Shown here: piece after piece, positions 10,074 to 20,355 of the stretch
Layout of the letters: every line of letters begins with the position of its first letter
Numbering within the stretch: position 1 is the stretch's first letter
IMG/VR virus record: IMGVR_UViG_3300037149_000100
From: a virus
Direction: 5' to 3' (one strand)
Length of the DNA stretch: 64,000 nucleotides
Translations under genes and position numbers: made by a program
Notes under the pieces: generated by a model
Told to the model about the DNA's origin: nothing
The model's input: the letters and a program-made list of their open reading frames with translations, nothing else
The model's database searches: none

Positions 10074-10457
10074 ATGGACTCAAAACATCTTGCTTCCCTA
10101 ATTGCTGATAAAGTTGAAATCTGCGAAGAAGCAGATCCTGCGATGGACGCATCCAGTCAATTTGCTCAAACTGCTCCTGGTGTTCAGGATCAGATGGCCA
10201 ACCCACTCAGCCCCATCATGCAGGATGCCGATTTCTTCACTTATCTGATGCCCGGAGCCGTTTTTGAAGCTCATGATGGCTCTCAGTGGCTCATTACTGA
10301 TTATGAGTGGGATGGCCGTATTGGAATTGAAAATCGCTGGTATCCCCGGCAGATTGCCAATGTTAACACCAACGATGTGAGGCGTTCTATATGTGCTTGG
10401 GTGGAACCGGTTAACGTCCGCGTACCCGCCCCTATCCCAGGTGTTGTATATAATTAA
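10074..10457 (+). CDS. Hypothetical protein (likely virion-associated)
   Basis: 127-aa ORF with AGAGGT SD within the structural region. Confidence 0.7.
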   Translation: MDSKHLASLIADKVEICEEADPAMDASSQFAQTAPGVQDQMANPLSPIMQDADFFTYLMPGAVFEAHDGSQWLITDYEWDGRIGIENRWYPRQIANVNTNDVRRSICAWVEPVNVRVPAPIPGVVYN

Positions 10458-10466
10458 GAGGCGTTA

Positions 10467-12059
10467 ATGCTTGATCTTACAGGTGAGAATTTAGCCACTT
10501 ATCTTCTCCGTGAATTGCGGATGGTGGTGAATCGAAATCCTCGCTTCAAGAGCTTGGGTGGCGAGACATTTGTTCAAGCATCCAACCTCATCCAGTGGGG
10601 GGATTTACAAATCCAAATTTCTAACGTATCCTCCTCAGGAAACCGCCTCAGTCCTGACTATTTCATGTGTAACCAGCATGGCCACACTGTTTTAGCCAAA
10701 TTACAAGGTCATGATGGAGTGTTTGTTGACTGGGTTCAGGAAAATCAAATCCTCACCAACAACGCTACCCCATCCAGCACCCTTGTTTGCCCGCAACCTG
10801 GAGTCTACTACTTAAATGTAGACTCAGTGGATGAGGGAACTCGTGAAGTGGGGCTAACAGTCCAGACTTACACATGGTCAACTGGAAAAACGGGGTATGG
10901 GGTTGGTTCTGGAGTTTATTTTGCCCCAGCGATTGATGCATCCACCGTGCATACCGTAGACCCTACTGTTTCTTTTATAATTCAAGGGGGTCAGCTATAC
11001 GTCACCTCCTACGCGACTCAGCAGCCCCTCCAACTCCGAACTCCTTCTCGTATACTAACCCCTAACGTGGATTTCTGGTATGTGAGGCAAGAGTCCTTTG
11101 TGATTTGTGAATCCACCTTCTCTGGCTCTCAGACTGTCACCCTTCCGGTCAGTTCCTATTCAAATCTGGTCATTACGGACCAAGATGGATACGAACTGCG
11201 AAGTGGCATTGATTACCAGTTCACTTCTTCTACCTCGATTCAACTCCAGCAATACACCCCTCCAGGGTCAACGCTTACGGGGACTTTTACCGTTAAGGCA
11301 GACCCAACGACCACTTCTGTAGTCCAGAGCGAGAATATGCTTCCCATTCCTCCCCTCTCCCCTTCCGAGCTTATGGCGGCGGGTCAGGTAGTGATTCGCT
11401 CAACTTTTGGCCCCGTTTACACCGAAACAGATTTGACGGTTGCTGGGGATGGCACCATATGGCTCAACAACCTCCTTCGTCCCGGTGAAAAAATGCTTTG
11501 GGAGATCAGGGTTAACTCTGGGCAGAACAGCATGGTGGCTAAAAAGCTGGCTGCTAACAAGAATATCATCAATGGATTGACTATTGGAATTGGAGATATG
11601 GTTACGGTTGGGGACCAATGTGTAATCATGGTTTCCCCCAATCTAACAGAGACTTATGAAGTCTATGGCTCCAAAGAGAACGTCAGCTTTGAAATTAGGG
11701 TTAAGGCGAACGATAGACTCACGGCTTCAGACATTTCCTCCATGATTCGCTCCTTTCTATTGGTTCAGGGGCGAGAGAACATGGAAGCGAACGGTTTGAC
11801 CATATTCGAAATATCCAGAGCTTCAATGACTGAACCGAAAGACATGAGTGGAGTCACCCCTTCGACCACATTTACCCTCACAGTGTCCGCTGCGGCTGAT
11901 TGGGAGTATTATCTACCTCTTATCACCCGAATCGGCTACTTTACGATTCAGATTGGTGGACCTACGGATGGTTTTATCACTGATTTTCCTGGAAAACCTG
12001 AAGTTTTACCTCGTCTTACCGCACTGGGAGCGGCTCAGTTCGTCCCATATTACGCCTAA
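10467..12059 (+). CDS. Putative tail completion/terminator-like structural protein with beta-rich insert
   Basis: Thr/Ser/Val-rich; C-terminal VSFEIRVKANDRLTASDISSMI fits a tail-terminator-like pattern; two genes before the sheath. Confidence 0.5.
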   Translation: MLDLTGENLATYLLRELRMVVNRNPRFKSLGGETFVQASNLIQWGDLQIQISNVSSSGNRLSPDYFMCNQHGHTVLAKLQGHDGVFVDWVQENQILTNNATPSSTLVCPQPGVYYLNVDSVDEGTREVGLTVQTYTWSTGKTGYGVGSGVYFAPAIDASTVHTVDPTVSFIIQGGQLYVTSYATQQPLQLRTPSRILTPNVDFWYVRQESFVICESTFSGSQTVTLPVSSYSNLVITDQDGYELRSGIDYQFTSSTSIQLQQYTPPGSTLTGTFTVKADPTTTSVVQSENMLPIPPLSPSELMAAGQVVIRSTFGPVYTETDLTVAGDGTIWLNNLLRPGEKMLWEIRVNSGQNSMVAKKLAANKNIINGLTIGIGDMVTVGDQCVIMVSPNLTETYEVYGSKENVSFEIRVKANDRLTASDISSMIRSFLLVQGRENMEANGLTIFEISRASMTEPKDMSGVTPSTTFTLTVSAAADWEYYLPLITRIGYFTIQIGGPTDGFITDFPGKPEVLPRLTALGAAQFVPYYA

Positions 12060-12069
12060 AAGGAGATTT

Positions 12070-12492
12070 ATGGCCATCAGAGAGTACAAGTGTTCATCCT
12101 GTGGGGTTATGATTGAAAAAATCATTCCCACTGCCCAGATTCCAAAAGAATCCATCCCTTGCACAAAATGTGGGGAGAGTGCAGCCTTCCAGCCCATTCC
12201 CTCCAGTGTGGGTCTTTTGACGGAGAACTTCTCCGAACAGAAGATTGACATAACTATTGGAAAGGATGCAAATCGTCGCTGGCAAGATATTTCTGATAGA
12301 AATGAGCTACGAGAAAAAGTTAGGGCACAGTCAGGAGAGGTCGGACTCTCCATGGTTGGACGGAATGAGTTCGCACCCCTTCCCGAAACCGAAAAGAAAA
12401 ATAGGACGGAAGCCCTTGCAGCCGTTACAAAAGATGGCTTCCGTCACGCTCCGGACACCAAAACTGACCGGAAGATTTTAGGCACTGATTAA
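12070..12492 (+). CDS. FmdB-type zinc-ribbon protein
   Basis: AGGAG SD then MAIREYKCSSCG...PCTKCG; true start is ATG 12070, not 11848. Confidence 0.75.
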   Translation: MAIREYKCSSCGVMIEKIIPTAQIPKESIPCTKCGESAAFQPIPSSVGLLTENFSEQKIDITIGKDANRRWQDISDRNELREKVRAQSGEVGLSMVGRNEFAPLPETEKKNRTEALAAVTKDGFRHAPDTKTDRKILGTD

Positions 12493-12507
12493 AGTGGCGA
12501 AAGAAAA

Positions 12508-12530
12508 GACTTCTCCGACCTAAAATGAAA
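12508..12530 (+). promoter_or_regulatory. Class-B bipartite motif (candidate late promoter) before the tail sheath gene
   Basis: GACTTC-N11-ATGAAA; similar elements precede about a dozen other genes, mostly virion-type. Confidence 0.5.
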
Positions 12531-12583
12531 CCACGATATTAAAGGGCTCTTGATCCAATTCGCAACCATAGGGAGAGATAAAC

Positions 12584-15500
12584 ATGGCTCTGTTCGCACA
12601 ATATACCGCACCGGGTGTTTACACGTTTGAAACGGTGAGCAACCCCGGAGTTATCACCTACGGGAATATTCGCCTTCCCGTGTTCATCGGTGAGGGACAG
12701 GAGACCTTCTCTGTAACCAACGTTGAGACACATCGCGGAAGTTCCGCATACGCCGATGACTTGGTAGTTAATGAGACCCTCCCAGTTCTGACGATTGGCC
12801 AGTTGAACTTCCAGTTGACTTATACCCCCATTGTTACGGGGAATGGAACCGGAACCCTCACCAACACCCCCACTGACCTCACCGTCACCCTCTCCGATGG
12901 AGTCACCCCAGTTGTGGTGACCAGCCTTAATGGAACGACTGGTGCTTTCTCCATTTTCTCTATCTACCCAGTCGGCACCGAACTGATGGTCACCTACTAC
13001 TTCAAGCGCAAGGACACTTATATTGCGAATGAAAACGATGCCCCCCAAGTTCCCACTTTTGCTACCTGGAATGCTGATTCCAACTTCCCGCTTACCCTCT
13101 CCCTTCCTGGTGAGCTTGGGAACGATGTGGACTTGGGCTTCACCTTCACCGCAGCCTCCCCAGTTTCTGACGCACAGGCAATTAGCGGCGTGGGAACCGA
13201 TGCAATCTCCATCGAATTGAACGAAGCTGCTCTTACACTCAGCACCACCGGCGACCTCACCTTTGCGACCCATACGGTTCAACGTGCTTCTGGTTCGTGG
13301 GTAACAGATGGTGTGGGCGTGGGCACTGCCGTTCGTTTTGCTGCCACGACTGCTAACAACACTGCTTCAGGAGCCTACCTGATTGTCACTGGAGTTTCTA
13401 CCACTACCACTGCAAATGACACCCTGACTTTTGCCAGCACCTTCACGGTTGAAGTGGATGCGTCTGCTACGGCAACTGCCTATATGGTCCGCACCTATGG
13501 TGATCTGGCAAATCTCCTCATCGTGGGAATTCCCACCCTGGCTGGTAACCTAGTCCTTCAGGCTCCTCTCTCCAGCGGAATCGCTGCCAAGACTGTGGCG
13601 GCTGTGGTTGCCTCTGCTCCATTCACTGGTGGTGCAGGCCCCAACTCCAACACCGTTTTCACCACCTCCTTCGTCCCTGTCGTAGATGGCACCAACGGCG
13701 GAGTCGTAACCACCAACCCAGCTTACATGAAGGCTTTGGTCAATGGTCAGCCAGCTACCGTCGCCTCCCTGAATGGTCAGACCGGAACTTTTGTCATGGC
13801 TTCCCCAGTTTTGGCCGGTCAGACCTTCACCGTCAGCTACTTCACCAACAAGTATCAGGATACTTACGACATGATTCCTGCTACTAACGTGATCAGCATT
13901 GATGCTGTGGGTTACGGCCCAAGTCGCAGCGATTTCGTCAACGGTGTGGATTATGTCCTTCAGACTCCCCCCAATGCGGATGCTCGTATTCAGTGGGGTG
14001 GCTCTGCTTCAGTCATGGCAGGAACGGCCACCGCTGGCTACACCCCATTTAGTGCTTCGGTTATCACCGATACGTTGGTGGATGAGATTATGTTCCTCCG
14101 CCCCGTTCAGGGAGCCGTCACCGGCAAGAATTACACCTTCACTCTCTCTGACACCCCAACTGATGGGTCTGGTCTGAGTGCTGTTACCAACAACCCCGCC
14201 TTGGTCCATGTTTACGTTGGCACCAGCCCAGAGGAAGCTCTTCTGGCCGGTGAGGTTCGCGTCACTCAGGTCGTTGGGGACACCGGCACGGTTGTGCTTT
14301 ACAATCCCCCCGCCACTGGCCAGAGTGTGTATGCCACCTACTACCGTAACATCCTGAATGACCACACCTTCACTCTGTCAGTGGTCAACCCAGGAATCAC
14401 CGGTCAGGGCACCTACTCAATCGCTGATGAGAAGGGGAATGTTCTCCCATCCATCACCTCCGGAGCCTCTTCGGTTACTGAAGCCGCCTTCCTAGAATAC
14501 GGTGGGGTCGTTTGGCCCAATAAGTTCTCTGATTTGAACGGTGTGGGTGGAAGTAGCCCCGATGAGACCGTTACTGTGACCTTCCAGGAAGGGGATGCTC
14601 CATTTATCATCACTCCTGGTATTCAGGCCACCCTGATCTCCGCTGTGAACGTTGGCTTGGAGTTCACCGCCACTAATTTCGGCACCGGACCCAACACTGT
14701 GGCCTCTATCATCTTTGTTGGAGCCTCTGCTAAGGCTGACTCTGCTGCTATCTCGGTAACGAGCAACGCAGTGACCGTATATATTGAGAAAGCGGACACA
14801 ACCACTCGCACCCTACAGGATATTCTCAACCTCTTCGTCACCTACCCCACTTCTACCCCAACAACCGGTGTGATTATCGCCTCCACTGTGGGTACCCCCA
14901 ACCTCACTACTTCGGCTTCGGCTGGTGCGATAGAGCACTTCACTGGCGGGGTTGCCACCGTCCAGACCCCTCGCTCCCTGCACTACTGTGTGACTTCCAG
15001 CCGTACCGCTCTCCAGGCTAGCGCTGATGGATTGGGTATCACTGGTGGGGCTACAACCCCTGTGGGTTCCAATGTTGGTTCCAACGCTGTGGGAACTACC
15101 GGTTGGCTCAACCAGACCTTCCTGGACCCCAATACGGGTGTTCAGTTCACCATCCTCAATCCGGATGATGTTCTGGCTGATCCTCTCTACGGCTTCCAGT
15201 CTCTCCCATCTCCTCGTTACCACTTTGAGCCGGGGGATACCCTCACCTTCGTCACCAGCAAAGCAACCGCTCGTACCGCCAGCGTTGTCCCAACCGTCAA
15301 CGTCTATGGCTTGAACCTGGAAGTCATCTCCACCTACGGCATGAACGCAGGGGATACGGCTCTCGTGACCACCTTCAACGCCTCCGGAAACGAGCCCTCT
15401 GTCGGAGATTACTACTACATCTCATACACGACCGAGAAGAATGCCTCCGATTTCGCCTTGAAGATATTCGATAACACGGGTGACGCTTACACTCAGTACG

Positions 15501-16456
15501 GTGTTCCCACTCCCGAAAACCGCCTCTCCATGGCAGTCAGTCTGTTCGCTCAGAATGGCGGAAACATCTTCGCCTGCCTCCAGGTTCCCAAGCAGACCGG
15601 TTTGAATACCGCAGCCGATCAGACCTACATCAACGCAATCAGCACTCTAGCTGCTCCAGTTCCTGGAAACGAGCAGAAGGCTGGTATGATTCAGGTTCTG
15701 ACCACTAGCCCAACGGTTATTCAGTACCTGAGCCGTTTCCTCCTGACCCAAGCCTCCCCACGTAACAGTGGAGAAGCGATGAGTGTTTACGGATATGGTT
15801 TCTCTGACACTCCTTCGTCCATGATCAGCCTAGCTAGTAGTCTGAAGAGTGAACGCATGATTGGAATTGGAGCCATCGGAGCAGTTCTCCAGCTTGTCAA
15901 TCCCACCACTGGCGTGGCCGTCAACTACACAGTTGATGGGTCCTTCCTCGCCGCCGCAATGGCGGGTATGATGGTCGATCCAGCCATCGACGTTGCCACC
16001 ACCCTGACTCGTCAGAGCATGGTTGGATTCCAGGGTCTCATCACTCGTTACGATGACCCCACCATGGATTCGATGACCGCTAGCGGCCTAACTTGCCTTG
16101 TGGAAAACCCCGGAGCCTTCATTGTCCGTCACTGGGTCACCACCGACAACTCCAGCCCCCTGAAGCGCGAACCTACTTCTCGCTTGGTGGTCGATTATGT
16201 TCGCCAGACGATGCGTGGTAGCTTGAACCAGTTTATCGGTCGCAAGCTCATCCTCAGCACCCTCAACACCGTTACTTCAGTGGTTAGTTCCACTCTAGTC
16301 AGCTTGGTCGCTGAGGAGGTTATCGAGGGTTACAGCACCATCGTAGTCGCCGCTGACCCCTCTGATCCAACTACCCTGAATGTTAGCTTTACAATTAAGC
16401 CGATTTTCAGCTTGCTCTGGATCTCTGTACAGCTCACCGTAACCACCCAGCTTTAA
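12584..16456 (+). CDS. Contractile tail sheath protein (1290 aa, with inserted beta domains)
   Basis: N-terminal YTAPGVYT..RLPVFIG; C-terminal sheath core (VDGSFLAAAMAG, RHWVTT, DYVRQ..FIGRK, NVSFTIKPIFSLLWISV). Confidence 0.92.
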   Translation: MALFAQYTAPGVYTFETVSNPGVITYGNIRLPVFIGEGQETFSVTNVETHRGSSAYADDLVVNETLPVLTIGQLNFQLTYTPIVTGNGTGTLTNTPTDLTVTLSDGVTPVVVTSLNGTTGAFSIFSIYPVGTELMVTYYFKRKDTYIANENDAPQVPTFATWNADSNFPLTLSLPGELGNDVDLGFTFTAASPVSDAQAISGVGTDAISIELNEAALTLSTTGDLTFATHTVQRASGSWVTDGVGVGTAVRFAATTANNTASGAYLIVTGVSTTTTANDTLTFASTFTVEVDASATATAYMVRTYGDLANLLIVGIPTLAGNLVLQAPLSSGIAAKTVAAVVASAPFTGGAGPNSNTVFTTSFVPVVDGTNGGVVTTNPAYMKALVNGQPATVASLNGQTGTFVMASPVLAGQTFTVSYFTNKYQDTYDMIPATNVISIDAVGYGPSRSDFVNGVDYVLQTPPNADARIQWGGSASVMAGTATAGYTPFSASVITDTLVDEIMFLRPVQGAVTGKNYTFTLSDTPTDGSGLSAVTNNPALVHVYVGTSPEEALLAGEVRVTQVVGDTGTVVLYNPPATGQSVYATYYRNILNDHTFTLSVVNPGITGQGTYSIADEKGNVLPSITSGASSVTEAAFLEYGGVVWPNKFSDLNGVGGSSPDETVTVTFQEGDAPFIITPGIQATLISAVNVGLEFTATNFGTGPNTVASIIFVGASAKADSAAISVTSNAVTVYIEKADTTTRTLQDILNLFVTYPTSTPTTGVIIASTVGTPNLTTSASAGAIEHFTGGVATVQTPRSLHYCVTSSRTALQASADGLGITGGATTPVGSNVGSNAVGTTGWLNQTFLDPNTGVQFTILNPDDVLADPLYGFQSLPSPRYHFEPGDTLTFVTSKATARTASVVPTVNVYGLNLEVISTYGMNAGDTALVTTFNASGNEPSVGDYYYISYTTEKNASDFALKIFDNTGDAYTQYGVPTPENRLSMAVSLFAQNGGNIFACLQVPKQTGLNTAADQTYINAISTLAAPVPGNEQKAGMIQVLTTSPTVIQYLSRFLLTQASPRNSGEAMSVYGYGFSDTPSSMISLASSLKSERMIGIGAIGAVLQLVNPTTGVAVNYTVDGSFLAAAMAGMMVDPAIDVATTLTRQSMVGFQGLITRYDDPTMDSMTASGLTCLVENPGAFIVRHWVTTDNSSPLKREPTSRLVVDYVRQTMRGSLNQFIGRKLILSTLNTVTSVVSSTLVSLVAEEVIEGYSTIVVAADPSDPTTLNVSFTIKPIFSLLWISVQLTVTTQL

Positions 16457-16462
16457 ACTCGA

Positions 16463-16484
16463 ATGGGGGACTTCGGTCCCCCAT
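16463..16484 (+). terminator. cUUCGg stem-loop after the sheath gene (terminator or mRNA stabiliser)
   Basis: ATGGGGGAC-TTCG-GTCCCCCAT, perfect 9-bp stem; no strong U tract. Confidence 0.6.
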
Positions 16485-16504
16485 CTATCCTTCTGGAGAT
16501 TTGA

Positions 16505-17257
16505 GTGAAGATTCATCCAACCGTACAGCACCTGAATGGCATCGTAACTGTTGCTCTTCAGGCATCGTTTGTTGGCGACTCCACGGATGCAACCGACAAA
16601 CAACGTATCGCTGCATACTCTGATCCCCTAGTAAACCTAGGAGGACTATTCACCAGTCCATCCCTTCCATCCATCGGAACCATCACTCTTACCGGAATCC
16701 CTAATCCAACTGAAACATTTGCTATTGATACCCAATTGTTTACCTGGATTGCTTCAGGCACACCAACCACCGGGCAGGTTCTCCTTGGCACTGATGCCCC
16801 AACCAGTGCTGCAAATATCATCACTGCTATTACCGCTGCTGCCTTAACGACTGTTACGGCTTCGATTAGTGGTTCAGCCATCACTGTTACCGCCGTGACT
16901 AATGGGGAAGCAGGCAATCAAATAGCTTTCTCTGATGTTTCCTCCAATATGACAATGGATGGTAATGGCACCCTCGGCGGCACCCAATTTGGGCGAGAAG
17001 CCATCACCTTCCAGATGGGGTCAGCAGAAGTTTTCAGGGGAGTGACGACTCAAATGGCTCAAACTCCAGTGAGTTTCATGACTCAGCTTCCACTAGGTTC
17101 CCCAGGTCTCCTACCCACTCAGTCCATCTGTTCAGATCCAGTGAATGCTGCGGCTGCTTGGTGTGAGCAGATGGACTCACGTATTTCTTTAGTGATGACA
17201 GCCTTGCGAGGAAATGAACCTCCGCAACTTGTTGCGCTTCCTGATTCCACAGTGTAA
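16505..17257 (+). CDS. Putative tail-associated structural protein
   Basis: GTG start after GGAG; Thr/Ala/Gly-rich beta insert similar in style to sheath inserts. Confidence 0.55.
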   Translation: MKIHPTVQHLNGIVTVALQASFVGDSTDATDKQRIAAYSDPLVNLGGLFTSPSLPSIGTITLTGIPNPTETFAIDTQLFTWIASGTPTTGQVLLGTDAPTSAANIITAITAAALTTVTASISGSAITVTAVTNGEAGNQIAFSDVSSNMTMDGNGTLGGTQFGREAITFQMGSAEVFRGVTTQMAQTPVSFMTQLPLGSPGLLPTQSICSDPVNAAAAWCEQMDSRISLVMTALRGNEPPQLVALPDSTV

Positions 17258-17268
17258 GAGGTAAAAAC

Positions 17269-19593
17269 ATGCGTTCTAACAGACTTAATGACCGATTAAA
17301 CAAAATGGCTCTTGAGCAGACCGATAAAAAGGACTGGCCCAAGGATGAAAACCTAGAAGAGCTTGATGTTCCGGGTAACAAGGCTGTTTCGGTTTCTAAG
17401 AGTGGGAGTGCAGCTTGCAAGTGTGGTGAAGAAGGCTGTGCCGGTTGCGACAAAGACAAGAAAACCTCGGCCTGCACCTGTGGGAAACCCGGCTGCTCTG
17501 ATTGCGGCGCAAAAAAGAATGCTGATTGGATTGGTGATTTGGTTAAACAAACCGTGCAGTATCTGACTCAACACAGGAATGACCCTGATCTGATTGAGAA
17601 AATCCAACCCCTTCCACTCGCTCGCAAGGTCGGCCCCGCCGCTCTCCAGAATCCAGTCAATCAGTTTGTGCAGGATGGCAACTCTTCTGCACTGGCTGGA
17701 GAACTGGAAACTATTGTCCAAGGCAAGCGAACAGCTGCATCCAAAAAGAAAGCTGAGGAGTCCTCCGTGGAAATTGATGCCCCCAAGAAAACAGAAACCC
17801 CAGGCGAACAGCCCGAAGGGTTTGTTGATCCAAAACGTCCCATCCCTGCTGAAAAGCCGGTCAAACCATCTGCTGACAACGCTCCCAAGGCTGCAAATCC
17901 AGAGCTTCCTGGCACTCATCGTCGCGTAAAGCTGGATGAGAATACCGAGCCCGATCCATCCCCCACCGCATGGTCAGTGGACAATACTCGTGAACTTCAA
18001 CACAAGGCGGCTGGCAATTTTGATACCAAGAAGCCCCCTGAAAATAAGGTTAACCCCGCACCTACCTCTTATTCGGTGGACAACACTCGTGAAACTCGGC
18101 GTGAAGTCAAGGAACTCACTACGGAAGAGCAGGATCAATTAAAACGTAAGAATGGCTCTGATTTGCAGGTTTTCACTCCCAAGACGGCTGAAGAGATTGA
18201 CATGATTGTTGAGGCTTCGGGTTCATGGGTAGGCCATCGTCTAGCTACTGGCACTTTCCAGAGAGGAATGCCCAGTTTTATCATTAACGCCACCGAAGCC
18301 ATCGCCGTAGTGTCCGCACAGGGCGATTGCTTTGACGCCCAGGCCACCAGTCCCACTAACAAGTATGCAGCCATCCTGAGCCCCTCCAAGCCCGCTAGCA
18401 AGTCTGCGGCGGGTGGTTCCTCAGAAGAGCCTGAGTCTGAAGAAGAAACCTCTGTTGACTCAGTTGTCGTCTCCCTACTTGAAGCCTGCAAGACCGAATG
18501 GACTAGCCTTGGAGATCCTGTCAACCCAGCTACTTGGCCAAAAGAAATTGACCGTGCGTTGCTGAGTCTTAATGACGAGATTGTCGCAGCAATCCAAAAG
18601 GTTGAGGATAAGTTAGTTGAAGGCGAGTTCTACAGCAAGAATGTAGATGAAGGTCTTGAGGGTGGGGGTAGCTCTGTTGGAGTTGGCTCTCTGAATGTTG
18701 CACCTCCTGAAGAAGAAGTTCCTGAGTCCCCTGAGTCAATGGAAATGGGTGAAGAGGGAATGGGTGAAGAGGGAATGGGTGAAGAGGAAGGTCTGAACAC
18801 CGCAGCGGATGAAGCCGACGAGGCCCTCATTCCTGAGGCTCCGAAAACCGGTGGTTTGAAGAGTGCGGCGGCTAAGACAGCCGTAGAGTTTCCCGATGTC
18901 TCGGCTGCGGAAACCCGCAAAGCTCTGAAGTTTACCCAGTCTCTCAAAGAGGACATTGCCGACAAGTTTTTTGAGTTCAAGAAGATCGTCCAGGAAGCAA
19001 ATGACTCCTCCTTGATCAAGAATGTCGGAGAAGTTTTTGTTGGATTGAAGACAAAGCTCGAAGAAGTGGAGAAAATCCTTTCGAAGCAGATTCAGGTTCT
19101 TGAGACCGCTGAATCCGCCATTCAGGACAAGAAAGACCTCAATGCTAAGAAATCTTTCCTTATGGCTGACGGTGGAACTCCTTGTGAGAAGTGCGGCGAA
19201 ACTGTGATGCACTCCCCCTATGGGAAGGCTGATGGCCCAGTCGTTTGCGACAAGTGCCAAGGTGGGAAGAAGGAAGAGACAAAGACTTCTTCAGACGAAC
19301 GTGATAGCTGTTCTGACCATGAGGGCACAGTAGAGAAGGAAGCTTCCGCTAAGAAGACCGCCGCCTGCCCGGTCTGTGGAGCCACGGTGATGCAGAACGG
19401 CAAGGATACCAATGGTGTCACATGCCCCAACTGCGCCAACAAGCCCTCCGTACAGACCCCAGGAACTCCAACAAATACGACTCCGGCAGCCCCCAAGCTA
19501 CCGCAGAATGGTCCGGTCAGCCCCTCCCCAATCAAGCAGTACGGGTCCAAGTCCAAGTTTAAGGGACTGAATCTCGCTGCGGCTGGAGAGTGA
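17269..19593 (+). CDS. Mosaic low-complexity protein with CxxC ribbons (candidate inner-head polyprotein)
   Basis: 774 aa; several CxxC pairs, SVDNTRE twice, MGEEG three times, many K-x-A linkers. Confidence 0.75.
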   Translation: MRSNRLNDRLNKMALEQTDKKDWPKDENLEELDVPGNKAVSVSKSGSAACKCGEEGCAGCDKDKKTSACTCGKPGCSDCGAKKNADWIGDLVKQTVQYLTQHRNDPDLIEKIQPLPLARKVGPAALQNPVNQFVQDGNSSALAGELETIVQGKRTAASKKKAEESSVEIDAPKKTETPGEQPEGFVDPKRPIPAEKPVKPSADNAPKAANPELPGTHRRVKLDENTEPDPSPTAWSVDNTRELQHKAAGNFDTKKPPENKVNPAPTSYSVDNTRETRREVKELTTEEQDQLKRKNGSDLQVFTPKTAEEIDMIVEASGSWVGHRLATGTFQRGMPSFIINATEAIAVVSAQGDCFDAQATSPTNKYAAILSPSKPASKSAAGGSSEEPESEEETSVDSVVVSLLEACKTEWTSLGDPVNPATWPKEIDRALLSLNDEIVAAIQKVEDKLVEGEFYSKNVDEGLEGGGSSVGVGSLNVAPPEEEVPESPESMEMGEEGMGEEGMGEEEGLNTAADEADEALIPEAPKTGGLKSAAAKTAVEFPDVSAAETRKALKFTQSLKEDIADKFFEFKKIVQEANDSSLIKNVGEVFVGLKTKLEEVEKILSKQIQVLETAESAIQDKKDLNAKKSFLMADGGTPCEKCGETVMHSPYGKADGPVVCDKCQGGKKEETKTSSDERDSCSDHEGTVEKEASAKKTAACPVCGATVMQNGKDTNGVTCPNCANKPSVQTPGTPTNTTPAAPKLPQNGPVSPSPIKQYGSKSKFKGLNLAAAGE

Positions 19594-19668
19594 AATGAAC
19601 TTTGTATCTATAGAATCCTACTCTGAGGGTTCAATGCTAAACTTGCGTTCCAATAGGGGGATATAAAC

Positions 19669-20355
19669 ATGACCAACTCACCTTTCACTGATTCCTATCT
19701 TTATAGGCAAGGAACAACTGCGCAGACAAAAACAGTAATCTCCAGCCGCTTCAAGATTTTTACCCATGCGGTAGGAGTCGGCAAATTTGTGAAGATGGGT
19801 GTCACTTCCAGCTTCAATATCTCAGAATCAAAGAATGTGGAAGCCATTCGCGGTCTGGGTTATGGTGACATCGTTGCCGAGCTTGTGCCCGGTATCACCC
19901 AGCCGATGACGCTGACGATTAACCGCACCGCACTCTACCTTGCCAACATCATGCAGATGCTGGGTTACAAGGCTGGTGTGAGTGGCTTGGTTCGTTCGCT
20001 CAAGCATCACAAATGGCCATTTGATATCAAGACCGAGATCGCATTCAGCGAACTCGCCTCAATGGCTCAGAATGTCGGTCAGGCAGACTTGGCTGATGTG
20101 GCCGCAGAGGGTGGGTTAAACAACTACGGCAACCCCGGCCTCTATGCGGTCGTCACCATCTATGAGGGCTGCTGGATGGAGTCCTACACCTCTAACTTCC
20201 AGATTGAACAGGCAGCCGTTACCGAAGACGCAACCATCATCGTCACCGATGTGTTTGATGTCAACGGATCCGTTTACGGAGACTTCATTGACTCTGGTCT
20301 GGCTCCTTCAGATGTTACCGGTGCCTCGCTCCTCTTCTCTGGTACCACTTCCTAA
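19669..20355 (+). CDS. Tail tube protein
   Basis: 228 aa; SFNISESKNVEAIRGLG..AELVPG..TLTINR..YEGCWMESY matches the myophage tube pattern; downstream of the sheath. Confidence 0.82.
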   Translation: MTNSPFTDSYLYRQGTTAQTKTVISSRFKIFTHAVGVGKFVKMGVTSSFNISESKNVEAIRGLGYGDIVAELVPGITQPMTLTINRTALYLANIMQMLGYKAGVSGLVRSLKHHKWPFDIKTEIAFSELASMAQNVGQADLADVAAEGGLNNYGNPGLYAVVTIYEGCWMESYTSNFQIEQAAVTEDATIIVTDVFDVNGSVYGDFIDSGLAPSDVTGASLLFSGTTS

